DNA from: Eledone cirrhosa
Taxonomy: Eukaryota
Direction of reading: 5' to 3'
Length of the DNA: 64,000 nucleotides
NCBI GenBank assembly: GCA_964016885.1
Contig: OZ024742.1
Coordinates: 71,238,001-71,302,000, forward strand
Made by a program: the position numbers and the translations under genes. The notes beneath the pieces were generated by a model. The model was not told the DNA's origin. It searched no databases and worked only from the letters and a program-made list of their open reading frames with translations. The stretch's first letter is position 1; each line of letters opens with the position of its first letter. Positions 18,001 to 30,559 of this stretch are shown here, piece after piece.

Positions 18001-21000
18001 TACACTGTCCTGTCCCACACTAATAGACACTACATTGTCCTGTCCCATACTAATAGACACTACACCGTCTGTCTCACAGTAATAGACACTACACTGTCCT
18101 GTCTCACACTAACATACACTACACTGTCTGTCTCACACTAATAGACACTACACTGTCCTCTCTCACGTTATAAGAAATACTACACTGTCCTGTCCCACAC
18201 TAATAGACATTATACTGTCCTATCCCACACTAACATACACTACAATGTCCATTCTCACACTAATAGACACTACACTGTCCTGTCCAACACTAATATATAC
18301 TACACTGTCCTGTCCCACACTAACAAACACTACACTGTCCTGTCTCACACTAATAGACACTACACTGTCCTGTCTCACACTAATAGACACTACACTGTCC
18401 TGTCTCACACTAATAGACACTACACTGTCCTGTCCAACACTAATATATACTACACTGTCCTGTCCCACACTAACAAACACTACACTGTCCTGTCTCACAG
18501 TAATAGACACTACTCTGCCCTGTCTCACACTAATAGACACTACACTGTCCTGTCTCACACTAATAGACTCTACACTGTCCTGTCTCACACTAATAGACAC
18601 TACTCTGCCTTGTCTCACAGTAATAGACACTACTCTGCCCTGTCTCACACTAATAGACACTACACTGTCCTGTACCACACTAACATACACTACACTGTCC
18701 TGTCTCGTACTAATAGACACTACACAGTATTGTACCAGACTAATAGACACTACACTGTCCTGTTTCACACTAATAGATACTATACAGTCATGTCCCACAC
18801 TAATAGAGACTACACAGTCCTGTCCCACACTAATAGACACTACATTGTCCTGTCCCACACTAATAGACACTACACTGTCCTGTCTCACACTGATAGACAC
18901 TATACTGTCCTGTCTCACATTAACATACACTACATTGTCCTGTACTATACTTATAGACACTACACTGTCCTGTCTCACACTAACATACACTACACTTTCA
19001 TGTCCCACACTAATAGAGACTACACTCTCCTGTCCCACACTAACATACACTACACTGTCTGTCTCACACTAATAGACACTACACTATCCTGTCCCACACT
19101 ATTAGACACTACACTGTCTGTCTCACACTAACATACACTACACTGTCCTGTCTCACACTAATAGACACTACACTGTCCTGGGTCACACTAACATACCCTA
19201 CACTGTCCTGACCCACACTAATAGACATTACACAGTGCTGTATTACACTAATAGACACTACACTGTTCTCTCTCTCTCTAACATACACTACACTGTCCTG
19301 TACCACACTGATAGACACTACACTGTCCTCTCTCACGTTATAAGAAACACTACACTGTCCTGTCCCACACTAATAGACATTATACTGTCCTATCCCACAC
19401 TCACATACACTACAATGTCCATTATCACACTAATAGACACTACATTGTCCTGTCTCACACTAACATACACTACACTGTCCTGTCTCACACTAATAGACTC
19501 TACACTGTCCTGTCCCACACTAATACACACTACACTGTCCAGTCCCAAACGAATAGACACTACACTGTCCTGTCTCACAGTTATAGACACTACACTGTCC
19601 TGCCCCACACTAATAGACACTACACCATACTGTCTCATACTAATAGACACTACACTGTCCTGTACCACACAACATACACTGCACTGTCCTGTACCACACT
19701 AATAGACACTACACTGTCTTGTCTCACACTAACAGACACTACACTGTAATGCACCACACTAACATAGACTACACTGCCCTGCCCCACACTAACATACACT
19801 GTCCTGTCTCACATTAACATACACTACACTGTCTTGTCCCACACTAACATACATTACAGTGTCCTGTACCACACTAATAGACACTTCACTGTCCTGTCTC
19901 ACACTAATAGACACTACACTGTCATGTCTCACACTAATAGACACTACACTGTCCTATCCCACACTAATAGACACCATACTGTCCTGTCTCACACTAATAG
20001 ATACTACACAGTCCTGTCCCACACTAATAGAGACTACAATGTCCTGTCTCACACTAATAGACACTACACAGTCCTGTCCCACACTAATAGAAACTACACT
20101 GTCCTGTCTCCTACTAATAGACACTACACAGTATTGTACCAGACTAATAGACACTACACTGTTTTGTTTCACACTAATAGATACTACACAGTCCTGTCCC
20201 ACACTAATAGATACTACAATGTCCTGTCTCACACTAATAGACACTACACCGTCCAGTCTCACACTAATAGATACTACACAGTCCTGTCCCACACTAATAG
20301 AGACTACAATGTCCTGTCTCACACTAATAGACACTACACAGTCCTGTCCCACACTAATAGAAACTACACTGTCCTGTCTCCTACTAATAGACACTACACA
20401 GTATTGTACCAGACTAATAGACACTACACTGTTTTGTTTCACACTAATAGATACTACACAGTCCTGTCCCACACTAATAGATACTACAATGTCCTGTCTC
20501 ACACTAATAGACACTACACCGTCCAGTCTCACACTAATAGATACTACACAGTCCTGTCCCACACTAATAGATACTACAATGTCCTGTCTCACACTAATAG
20601 GTACTACACAGTCCTGTCCCACACTAATAGAGACAACACTGTCCTCTATCACACTAATAGAAACTACACTGTCCTGTCCCACACTAACATACACTACCCT
20701 GTCCTGTACCACACTAATAGACACTACGTTGTCCTGTCTCATACTAACATTCACTACACTGTCCTGTCTCACACTAATAGACACTACACAGTCCTGTCCG
20801 ACACTAATAGACACTACACAGTCCTGTACCACACTAATAGACACTACACTGTCCTGTCCCACACTAATAGACACTACACTGTCCTGTCTCACACTAACAT
20901 ACACTACACTGTCCTGTCTCACACTAATAGACACTACACTGTCCTGTCTCTCACTAACATACACTACACTGGCCTGTCTCACACAAATATACACTACACT

Positions 21001-24000
21001 GTTCTGTCTCGCACAAATATACACTACACTGTCCTGTCCCACATTAACATACACTACACTGTCCTGTCTCACACTAATAGACACTACACTGTCTGTCTCT
21101 CACTAACATACACTACACTGTCCTGTCTCACACTTATAGACATTACACTGTCCTGTACCACACTAATAGACACTACACTGTCCTGTACCACACTAATAGA
21201 CACTACAATGTTCTGTCTCTCACTAACATACACTACACTGTCCTGTCTCACACTTATAGACACTGCAATGTCCTGTCTCACACTAATAGACAATACACTG
21301 TCCTGTACCACACTCACATAGACTACACTGTCCTGCCGCACACTAATGGGCACTACACTGTCTTGTCTCCCACACAAATATACACTACACTGTTCTGTCC
21401 AACACTAATATACACTACACTGCCATGTCCCACACTAACATACACTACACTGTTTTGTTCCACACTAATAGACACTACACTGTCTGTCTCACACTAATAG
21501 ACACTACACTGTCTGTCTCACATTAACATACACTACACTGTCCTCTCCCACACTAATAGACAGTACACAGTCCTGTACCACACTAATAGACCCTACACTG
21601 TGTTGAACCACACTAATAGACAGTACACTGTTCTGTCTCTCACTAACATACACTACACTGTCCTGTACCACACTAATAGACACTACACTGTCCTGTCTCA
21701 CACTAATAGACACTACAGTATCCTGTCCCACACTAACATACACTACACTGTCCTGTACCACACTAATAGACACTACACTGTCCTGTCCCAAACTAACATA
21801 CACTACACTGTCCTGTCTCACACTAATAGACACTACACCGTCCTGTCTCACACTAACATACCCTACACTGTGCTGACCCACACTAATAGACACTACACAG
21901 TCCTTTATTACACTAATAGACACTACACTGTCCTGTCTCACACTAATAGACACAACACTGTCCTGTACCACACTAATAGACACTACACTGTCCTGTCTCA
22001 CACTAACATACACTACACTGTCCTGTCTCACACTAATAGACACTACACTGTCCTCTCACTCATTAACATACACTACACTGTCTGTCTCATACTAACATAC
22101 ACTACACTGTCCAGTCCCACACTAATAGACATTACACTCACCTGTCTCACACTAATAGACACTACACTGTCTGTCTCACGCTAACATTCACTACACTGGC
22201 CTGTCCCACACTAATAGACACTACACTGTCCTGTCTCACACTAATAGACACTACACTGTCCTGTATCTCACTAACATACACTACACTGTCCTGTCCCACA
22301 TTAACATACACTACACTGTCCTGTCTCACACTAACATACACTACACTGTCCTGTCGCACAGTAATAGACACTACACTGTCCTGTACCACACTAACATACA
22401 CTACACTGTCCTGTACCACACTAATAGACTCTACACTGCCCTGTCTCATACTAACATACACTACACTGTCCTTACCACACTAATAGACACTACACTGTCC
22501 TCCCTCACGTTATAAGAAACACTACACTGTCGTGTCCCACACTAATAGACACTACACTGTCCTTTCCCACACTACCATACACTACACTGTCCTGCACTAC
22601 ATTAATAGACACTACACTGTCCCCTCTCACGTTATAAGAAACACTACACTGTCCTGTACAACACTAATAGACACTACATTGTCCTGTCCCACACTAACAT
22701 ACATTACACTGTCCTGTACCACACAAATAGACACTGCACTGTCCTCTCTCACGTTATAAGATACACTACACTGTCCTGTCCCACATTAATAGACACTATA
22801 CTGTCCTGTCCAACACTAATATATACTACACTGTCCTGTCCCACACTAACAAACACTACACTGTCCTGTCTCACATTAATAGACACTACACTGTCCTGTC
22901 TCACACTAATAGACACTACACTGTCCTGTCTCACACTAATAGACACTACTCTGCCCTGTCTCACACTAATATATACTACACTGTCCTGTCCCACACTAAC
23001 AAACACTACACTGTTCTATCTCACATTAATAGACACTACACTGTCCTGTCTCACACTAATAGACACTACACTGTCCTGTCTCACACTAATAGACACTACT
23101 CTGCCCTGTCTCACAGTAATAGACACTACTCTGCCCTGTCTCACACTAATAGACACTACACTGTCCTGTACCACACTAACATACACTACACTGTTCTGTC
23201 TCACACTAATAGACACTACACCGTCCTGTCCCACACTGATAGACACTACACTGTCCTGTCCCACACTAATAGACACTACACTGTCCCGTCACACACTAAT
23301 AGACACTACACTGTCCTGTCCCACACTAACATACACCACGTTGTCCTGTCTTACACTAAGAGAGACTACACTGTCCTGTCCCACACTAACATATACTACA
23401 CTATCCTGTCTCACACTAATAGACACTACATTGTCCTGTCCCACACTAATAGACACTACACTGTCCTGTCTCACACTAATAGACACTACACTGTCCTGTC
23501 TCACACTAACATAGACACTACACTTTCATGTCCCACACTAATAGAGACTACACTCTCCTGTCCCACACTAACATACACTACACTGTCTGTCTCACACTAA
23601 TAGACACTACACTGTCCTGTCCCACACTAATAGACACTACACTGTCTGTCTCACACTAACATACACTACACTGTCCTGTCTCCCACTAATAGACACTACA
23701 CTGTCCTGTCTCACACTAACATACCCTACACTTTCCTGACCCACACTAATAGACATTAGACAGTCCTGTATTACACTAATAGACACTACACTGTTCTCTC
23801 TCTCTCACTAACATACACTACACTGTCCAGTACCACACTAATAGACACTACACTGTCCTCTCTCACGTTATAAGAAACACTACACTGCCCTGTACAACAC
23901 TAATAGACACTACATTGTCCTGTCCTACACTAACATACATTACACTGTCCTGTACCACACTAATAGACACTACACTGTCCTCTCTCACGTTATAAGAAAA

Positions 24001-26183
24001 ACTACACTGTTCTGTCCCACACTAATAGACATTATACTGTCCTATCCCACACTAACATACACTACAATGTCCATTCTCACACTAATAGACACTACACTGT
24101 CCTGTCCCACACTAACAAACACTACACTGTCCTGTCTCACACTAATAGACACTACACTGTCCTGTCTCACACTAATAGACACTACTCTGCCTTGTCTCAC
24201 AGTAATAGACACTACTCTGCCCTGTCTCACACTAATAGACACTACACTGTCCTGTACCACACTAACATACACTACACTGTCCTGTCTCCTACTAATAGAC
24301 ACTACACAGTATTGTACCAGACTAATAGACACTACACTGTCCTGTTTCACACTAATAGATACTACACAGTCATGTCCCACACTAATAGAGACTACACAGT
24401 CCTGTCCCACACTAATAGACACTACATTGTCCTGTCCCACACTAATAGACACTACACTGTCCTGTTTCACACTAATAGATACTACACAGTCATGTCCCAC
24501 ACTAATAGAGACTACACAGTCCTGTCCCACACTAATATACACTACATTGTCCTGTCCCACACTAATAGACACTACACTGTCCTGTCTCACACTGATAGAC
24601 ACTATACTGTCCTGTCTCACATTAACATACACTACATTGTCCTGTACTATACTTATAGACACTACACTGTCCTGTTTCACACTAACATACACTACACTGT
24701 CATGCCCCACACTAATAGAGACTACACTGTCCTGTCCCACACTACCATACACTACACTGTCTGTCTCACACTAATAGACACTACACTGTCTGTCTCACAC
24801 TAATAGACACTACACTGTCTGTCTCACACTAACATACACTACACTGTCCTGTCCCACACTAATAGACACTACACTGTCCTGTCTCACACTAACATACACT
24901 ACACTGTCCTGTCTCACACTAATAGACACTACACTGTCCTGTCTCTCACTAACATACACTACACTGGCCTGTCTCACACAAATATACACTACACTGTTCT
25001 GTCTCACACAAATATACACTACACTGTCCTGTCCCACATTAACATACACTACACTGTCCTGTCTCACACTAATAGACACTACACTGTCCTGTCTCACACT
25101 AATAGACACTACACTGTCTGTCTCTCACTAACATACACTACACTGTCCTGTCTCACACTTATAGACATTACACTGTCCTGTACCACACTAATAGATACTA
25201 CACTGTCCTGTACCACACTAATAGACACTACAATGTTCTGTCTCTCACTAACATACACTACACTGTCCTGTCTCACACTTATAGACACTACACTGTCCTG
25301 TCCCACATTAACATACACTACACTGTCCTGTCTCACACTAATAGACACTACACTGTCCTGTACCACACTAACATACACTACACTGTCCTGTCTCCTACTA
25401 ATAGACACTACACAGTATTGTACCAGACTAATAGACACTACACTGTCTTGTTTCACACTAATAGATACTACACAGTCATGTCCCACACTAATAGAGACTA
25501 CACAGTCCTGTCCCACACTAATATACACTACATTGTCCTGTCCCACACTAATAGACACTACACTGTCCTGTCTCACACTGATAGACACTATACTGTCCTG
25601 TCTCACATTAACATACACTACACTGTCATGCCCCACACTAATAGAGACTACACTGTCCTGTCCCACACTACCATACACTACACTGTCTGTCTCACACTAA
25701 TAGACACTACACTGTCCTGTCTCACACTAATAGACACTACACTGTCCTGTGCCACACTAATAGACACTACACTGTCCTGTCCCACACTAATAGACACTAC
25801 ACTATCCTTTACCACACTAATAGACACTACACTATCCTGTCTCACACTGATAGACACTATACTGTCCTGTCTCACATTAACATACACTACACTGTCCTGT
25901 ACTATACTTATAGACACTACACTGTCCTGTCTCACACTAACATACACTACACTGTCATGTCCCACACTAATAGAGACTACACTGTCCTGTCCCACACTAC
26001 CATACACTACACTGCCCTGTCTCACACTAATAGACACTACACTGTCCTGTCTCACACTAATAGACACTACACTGTCCTGTCCCACACTAATAGACACAAC
26101 ATTGTCCTGTCCCACACTAATAGACACTACACTGTCCCACACTAAAAAACACTACACTGTCCTACACTAAGAAACACTACACT
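1..26183. repeat. 30-bp tandem satellite (~870 monomers, truncated by window start)
   Basis: Consensus ACACTAATAGACACTACACTGTCCTGTCTC with recurrent variants (AATAG/AACAT; TCTC/TCCC/TACC; 29- and 31-bp indel monomers). The 30-bp period explains the 10-aa repeat ORFs TLIDTTLSCL, HTNRHYTVLS and QDSVVSISVR. The array decays at 26140-26183. Confidence 0.98.
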
Positions 26184-26197
26184 CTTCTTCAGATGGC

Positions 26198-27590
26198 AGT
26201 GGGGGTTTTGCAGTGATGTTGGTGTTAGTGGTGGTGGTGTTGGTAGTGGTGCCATAGTTGGTGAGACTGATGGTGGAGCTGGTGACAGTGGTGGTGGTCA
26301 TGGTGATGGTAGTAGGAGTGGTGTTGATGGTGATGATAGTAGTGGTGTTGGTGGTTATGGTGATGGTATTAGTGGTGGTGATAGTCGCGTTGGCAATGGT
26401 GTTGGTGGATTTAGTGTTATTGGAGTCAATGGTGGTGTTAGTGTTGATGGTGGTGCTAGTGGTGCTAGAGTTGGTGTCAGTGGTAGTGTAAGTGTTGGTG
26501 GTGGTGTATATGTTGGTGGTGGTGCTAGTGGTGGTGGAGTTGGTGTCAGTGGTGGTGTAAATGTTGGTGGTGGTGCTAGTGGTGGTGGAGTTGGTGTCAG
26601 TGGTGGTGTTAGTGTTGGTGTTGGTGGTGTTGCTAGTGGTGGTGGAGTTGGTGTCAGTGGTGGTGTAAGTGTTGATGGTGGTGCTAGTGGTGGTGGAGTT
26701 GGTGTCAGTGGTGGTGTAAATGTTGGTGGTGGTGCTAGTGGTGGTGGAGTTGGTGTCAGTGGTGGTGTAAGTATTGGTGGTGGTGCTAGTGGTGGTGGAG
26801 TTGGTGTCAGTGGTGGTGTTGGTGGTGTTGCTAGTGGTGGTGGAGTTGGTGTCAGTGTTGGTGTAAGTGTTGGTGGTGGTGCTAGTGGTGGTGGAGTTGG
26901 TGTCAGTGGTGGTGTTGGTGGTGTTGCTAGTGGTGGTGGAGTTGGTGTCAGTGGTGGTGTAAGTGTTGGTGGTGGTGCTAGTCGTGGTGGAGTTGGTGTC
27001 AGTGGTGGTGTTGGTGGTGTTGCTAGTGGTGGTGGAGTTGGTGTCAGTGTTGGTGTAAGTGTTGGTGGTGGTGCTAGTGGTGGTGGAGTTGGTGTCAGTG
27101 GTGGTGTTGGTGGTGTTGCTAGTGGTGGTGGAGTTGGTGTCAGTGGTGGTGTAAGTGTTGGTGGTGGTGCTAGTCGTGGTGGAGTTGGTGTCAGTGGTGG
27201 TGTTGGTGGTGTTGCTAGTGGTGGTGGAGTTGGTGTCAGTGGTGGTGTAAGTGTTGGTGGTGGTGCTAGTCGTGGTGGAGTTGGTGTCAGTGGTGGTGTT
27301 AGTGTTGGTGTTGGTGGTGGTGCTAGTGGTGGTGGAGTTGGTGTCAGTGATGGTGTTAGTGTTGGTGTTGGTGGTGGTGCTAGTGGTGGTGAAGTTGGTG
27401 ACAGTGGTGGTAGTAGTGTTAGTGGTGTTGGTGGCATTTTTGACAATGGTGGTGGTTATGTTTGTATGGTTGTATGATGGTTGTAGTGGTGGTGATGGTG
27501 ATAGTAGTATTGGTGGTGTTAGTGTTGGTGGAGTTTGTGACAGTGGTGGTGGGTTTGTTGTTGGCAGTGCTGCCATTGTTGGTAGTTGTA
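26198..27590. repeat. GGT/GTT/AGT triplet-derived compound microsatellite with an internal 51/45-bp minisatellite
   Basis: G/T-rich triplets. The core (~26460-27380) repeats GTGCTAGTGGTGGTGGAGTTGGTGTCAGTGGTGGTGT.. as alternating 51- and 45-bp units (minus-strand translations TTTDTNSTTTSTTTNTY and TTTDTNSTTTSNTTN). Confidence 0.9.
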
Positions 27591-27597
27591 ACCTTAC

Positions 27598-27840
27598 CAC
27601 TCCCACATAAATGAAGAAATGTTGTTTTGTTGATGGGGTAGTCGCTCAATTTCTATCCCAACTCTGCTGTTGCATTTTCCTTTGTGCTTCCTCTTTCTCA
27701 TTCTCATAAACAAGTGATGCCATATTAAATAAAATATTTTTAATGAAATTTATGGCGACCAAAAACAAACTACAGTGTCTATGTGAGCGAAACAAGGAAA
27801 TGACCAGTGCATTGCATCAGTGATCAGTTTTGGCAACAAG
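27598..27840 (-). other. Candidate spliced exon of an unidentified minus-strand transcript
   Basis: Minus-strand acceptor TTTTACATAAGTTTTCTTTAG (AG at 27842-27841) and donor GTG|GTAAGG (GT at 27597-27596). No frame is open across the whole exon, so it would be UTR plus start codon, or non-coding. Confidence 0.3.
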
Positions 27841-28472
27841 CTAAAGAAAACTTATGTAAAATATAGAAATAAAATAAATATATAAACAAGCAATTACAAA
27901 ATAAATATATGAATAACAATTATAACAAACACATGAAGTGATGCAAAATGTGTGGCTCATTGTTTATGAACAAAAATAATTGTTTGTAATAAGACAACAT
28001 ACACAATAAACATTGATAACAACTGGAAAGCTTCTGAAAGTGACAGAATTACCAAGTTATGGCTAAAACATCTAACTGGAACTCATGTTTTTCTCTCTGC
28101 TTATGACATGTGATATATTCATAAAGAAACAATAATCAATACCTAAATGGTGACTAGAAGGGAATATAGTACTGATTCAAAACTGCCAGAAGTCCCTCCC
28201 CACCTTTCTGTATAAACTACAGGCCTATAACTATATTTGTGGAGAAAACACAGAGCTCATTACATCTAAACACCACATAGCCCTTTACATCTATACACCA
28301 CCAGAAGTTGAGTGCAGGGATGTGTGACTGTAAATAGCAGTTAATGATGAATTGAGCAATTATAATTATCAAAGATAGCAAAATGAAATAGAAAAATTTA
28401 GTGTAGCATGGTTGGTTGCTAAAAACATTTGATAACATAGTGCGTTGCTGGATATTAGAGAGACTTTATATA

Positions 28473-28551
28473 CACAATGTTCCCCAAAAATGTATATAGA
28501 TATTTATTAAAATGCTGTTGAAGTGTGTATACATTTTGGGGGGACACCCTG
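28473..28551. mobile_element. ~80-bp palindromic MITE, Tc1/mariner-type termini
   Basis: 28471-28500 TACACAATGTTCCCCAAAAATGTATATAGA matches the reverse complement of 28524-28553 (TACAGGGTGTCCCCCCAAAATGTATACACA) at 23/30 positions. Flanked by TA on both sides; CAGGGTGTC-like terminus. Confidence 0.7.
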
Positions 28552-29749
28552 TATATAGATAAAACAGATGCAATACACCAAGTATTTCAACCATGCTATG
28601 TTGAAATGGACAACCACATTACTACAAGAGAAATTGATTCAAACCATCTATATGTCCATAAAAAGTGGAATCTTTTAAGAGAACTTTTTATCCCTTTTTA
28701 CTCTTCTTTTCAGCTCTGATCCCATTAACAAACCCAATGAATTAAACTATCAGTTGTTATCAATGCTATGGACAAATTATAAACCAACTTCTAATATTTA
28801 CAAGGTATAATGGATTCTCCAATGAACATCAATTGAATATTTAGGTCATGAATTAAGCTGTAAGTGGCTGAGTATTCCTCACACATGTGTGCCATTAATG
28901 TACCATATAGACATGTATAAAAGCTGAGACATATGTGACAAAAAAAAAATCGATTGTAAAATTGTAATATTTTTATGATTTTCATTAACTTCAAATTCTA
29001 TGCAAATAAGGTGCTAAAATATCTGGAGTGATTATTTTACAATGAAACATTATTTTTTTTTTACATCATCATTAGTGTTATTTATGAAAATATTTCCAAC
29101 AAATTATTCTGGCCATTCTCTGCAGTAACACTTTTGCCATTTTCTCTGTGGGGCATGGCTGAAGCACCATTCAGACTGTGGTGTAGGGACTGTTTCTACT
29201 CCTCTCCCTTTCTTTTGTTCTTGATCCTTCTTTCCTTTTCATTTTCGTTTTTGTTCTTCCTTTTTTGTTCCCTTTAATAATGTTTTGTTTTTCTTAGATA
29301 CTGCTCAATATGTACTCGTGATCTTCTCCCTATCTATCAATCTCCCACTATCTACCCCTTCCTCCTTTAATCACACCTCCCAACTACATCTTCAACATAA
29401 TAAATTAGTAGTTAAGTGAGTTGAAGAGCTTAGAAAAATGAAACAAAACAAGGAAACCACTAACAGAGTTCCTAAAGCACCATCATGTGGTGATATGGAT
29501 ATATCTACTGTGTAGAGCAGAGGGACAGAGTTGCACAGAAATAGAGAACTGCTGCAGTCACAAGAGTGGAGAAAAGAAGAAAACAGCAGAAAATATTAAA
29601 AATCTAAAGAGAAATCAAAAGGGAATTCTAAAATATATCAAAGAAAAAAATGGGGAGAAAAAGCACTTCATAATTAATATCCTGCAAGACTGTAAACAAG
29701 GAAGATAGACAGTGAAAGACAACGTTCAAAAACACTTGACTAAATTCAA

Positions 29750-30180
29750 CAAATGACGTTTGATTTTAGCTGCACATTTTAGTCATAAATAACTGTAAAA
29801 AGAAAATAATGAAACATGAGGTTCGCAATCAGCACAATGAAACAATGATTGCTTATATGATTTTTGATAATATCCAGATATGATAGCATAGGCAGCTATA
29901 TGCCAATACTTCAATGTGTAAACTTAGAGGTGGTTTAAGCATGTAACAAACACAGTATAATCTGGAACATATTTATCCAGACTGACAAAAAGATCAAGGT
30001 GAATTGTTCTGCTATACTTATGAAGGATGAGAACAATAGATAATCTTTAAATTTTGATAGACATCTTGATCCCATCTGATCAAAATATCATTCAGTAAGA
30101 AATTGAAAAACTATATAAATATGAGAATATTGAAAATAAACTAAACAGGATATGGGACATGAAAGTAAAAACAACATTGA
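29750..30180 (+). pseudogene. Decayed 3' fragment of an R4/Dong-like non-LTR retrotransposon (restriction-like endonuclease region)
   Basis: Manual translation: SRYDSIGSYM (~29873), IIWNIFIQTDKKIKVNCSAILMKDENNR (29957-30040), a frameshift, then LIDILIPSDQNIIQ*EIEKLYKYENIENKLNRIWDMKVKT (30054-30173). These match the RHD..W..TD...RPD...ID..P....KE.EK..KY..L..W motif order of RLE-type LINEs. Confidence 0.7.
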
Positions 30181-30261
30181 AACAGTATATATGATAAAGA
30201 AGAACATCAGCAAAAAGGTAAAAACCATGCTGATGCTTATAACTCTTTATACAGTCAATGG

Positions 30262-30352
30262 TTACAGCATAGCTGAATAGTTAAGGAGTTTGTTTTGCCA
30301 GCATTAGATCCTTGGTTCAATTTCACTATATGGAATCTTGGGCAAATGTTAT
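30262..30352 (+). mobile_element. tRNA-derived SINE, 5' part (interrupted by the LTR element)
   Basis: A-box-like TAGCTGAATAGTT (~30270) and B-box-like GGTTCAATTTC (30314-30324), followed by ..CTTGGGCAAATGT. The sequence continues after the 3' LTR. Confidence 0.65.
30348..30352 (+). other. Target-site duplication GTTAT (left copy; right copy 34398-34402)
   Basis: GTTAT directly precedes the TGT start of the 5' LTR and directly follows the ACA end of the 3' LTR. Confidence 0.95.
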
Positions 30353-30546
30353 TGTGATGAAATGATTTGTTTTATAGCATCACTTTCTTCTCTTTGATTC
30401 GATTCCTTTTTATTCTTATTCGTTGTATTCGTTCTGTTCTTGTTTGTTGTATTGTTAACCCATATTAATTTCTTCTCTTATTGAGTCTTTCTATATTATT
30501 CTTAGATTGAATAAAAACCTTTGATTTGGTACAAAATAATACAACA
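30353..30546 (+). repeat. 5' LTR (194 bp)
   Basis: TGTGATGAAATG...AATACAACA; 4 substitutions versus the 3' LTR by eye (~98% identity); AATAAA at 30510-30515. Confidence 0.97.
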
Positions 30547-30547
30547 A

Positions 30548-30559
30548 TTTTATTCAATC
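30548..30559 (+). promoter_or_regulatory. Atypical primer-binding site, complementary to its own LTR rather than to a tRNA
   Basis: TTTTATTCAATC is the exact reverse complement of LTR 30505-30516 GATTGAATAAAA. There is no TGG-starting tRNA-type PBS adjacent to the LTR, and the gag ATG follows at 30560. Confidence 0.7.

Noticed and set aside
82-26170. Dozens of ORFs up to 574 aa (HTNRHYTVLS, TLIDTTLSCL, QDSVVSISVR repeats)
   Set aside because: They follow from a 30-bp period with stop-free frames; frequent 29/31-bp monomers switch frames, ORFs overlap on both strands, and many use non-ATG starts.
26355-27446. Pro-rich extensin-like ORF and + strand poly-Val ORFs
   Set aside because: Alternative frames of the ACC/GGT triplet repeat.
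28217-29708. Short ORFs (64-73 aa) in the AT-rich spacer
   Set aside because: Lengths expected by chance, no motifs, and partly overlapping MITE or LINE remnants.
30262-30330. tRNA gene
   Set aside because: A/B boxes are degenerate, no cloverleaf forms, and the sequence continues into a SINE body.
30444-30547. 10-bp inverted repeat TTGTTGTATT / AATACAACAA in the LTR
   Set aside because: Low-complexity T/G-rich context, and the left arm probably lies in U3 outside the 5' transcript; may be chance.
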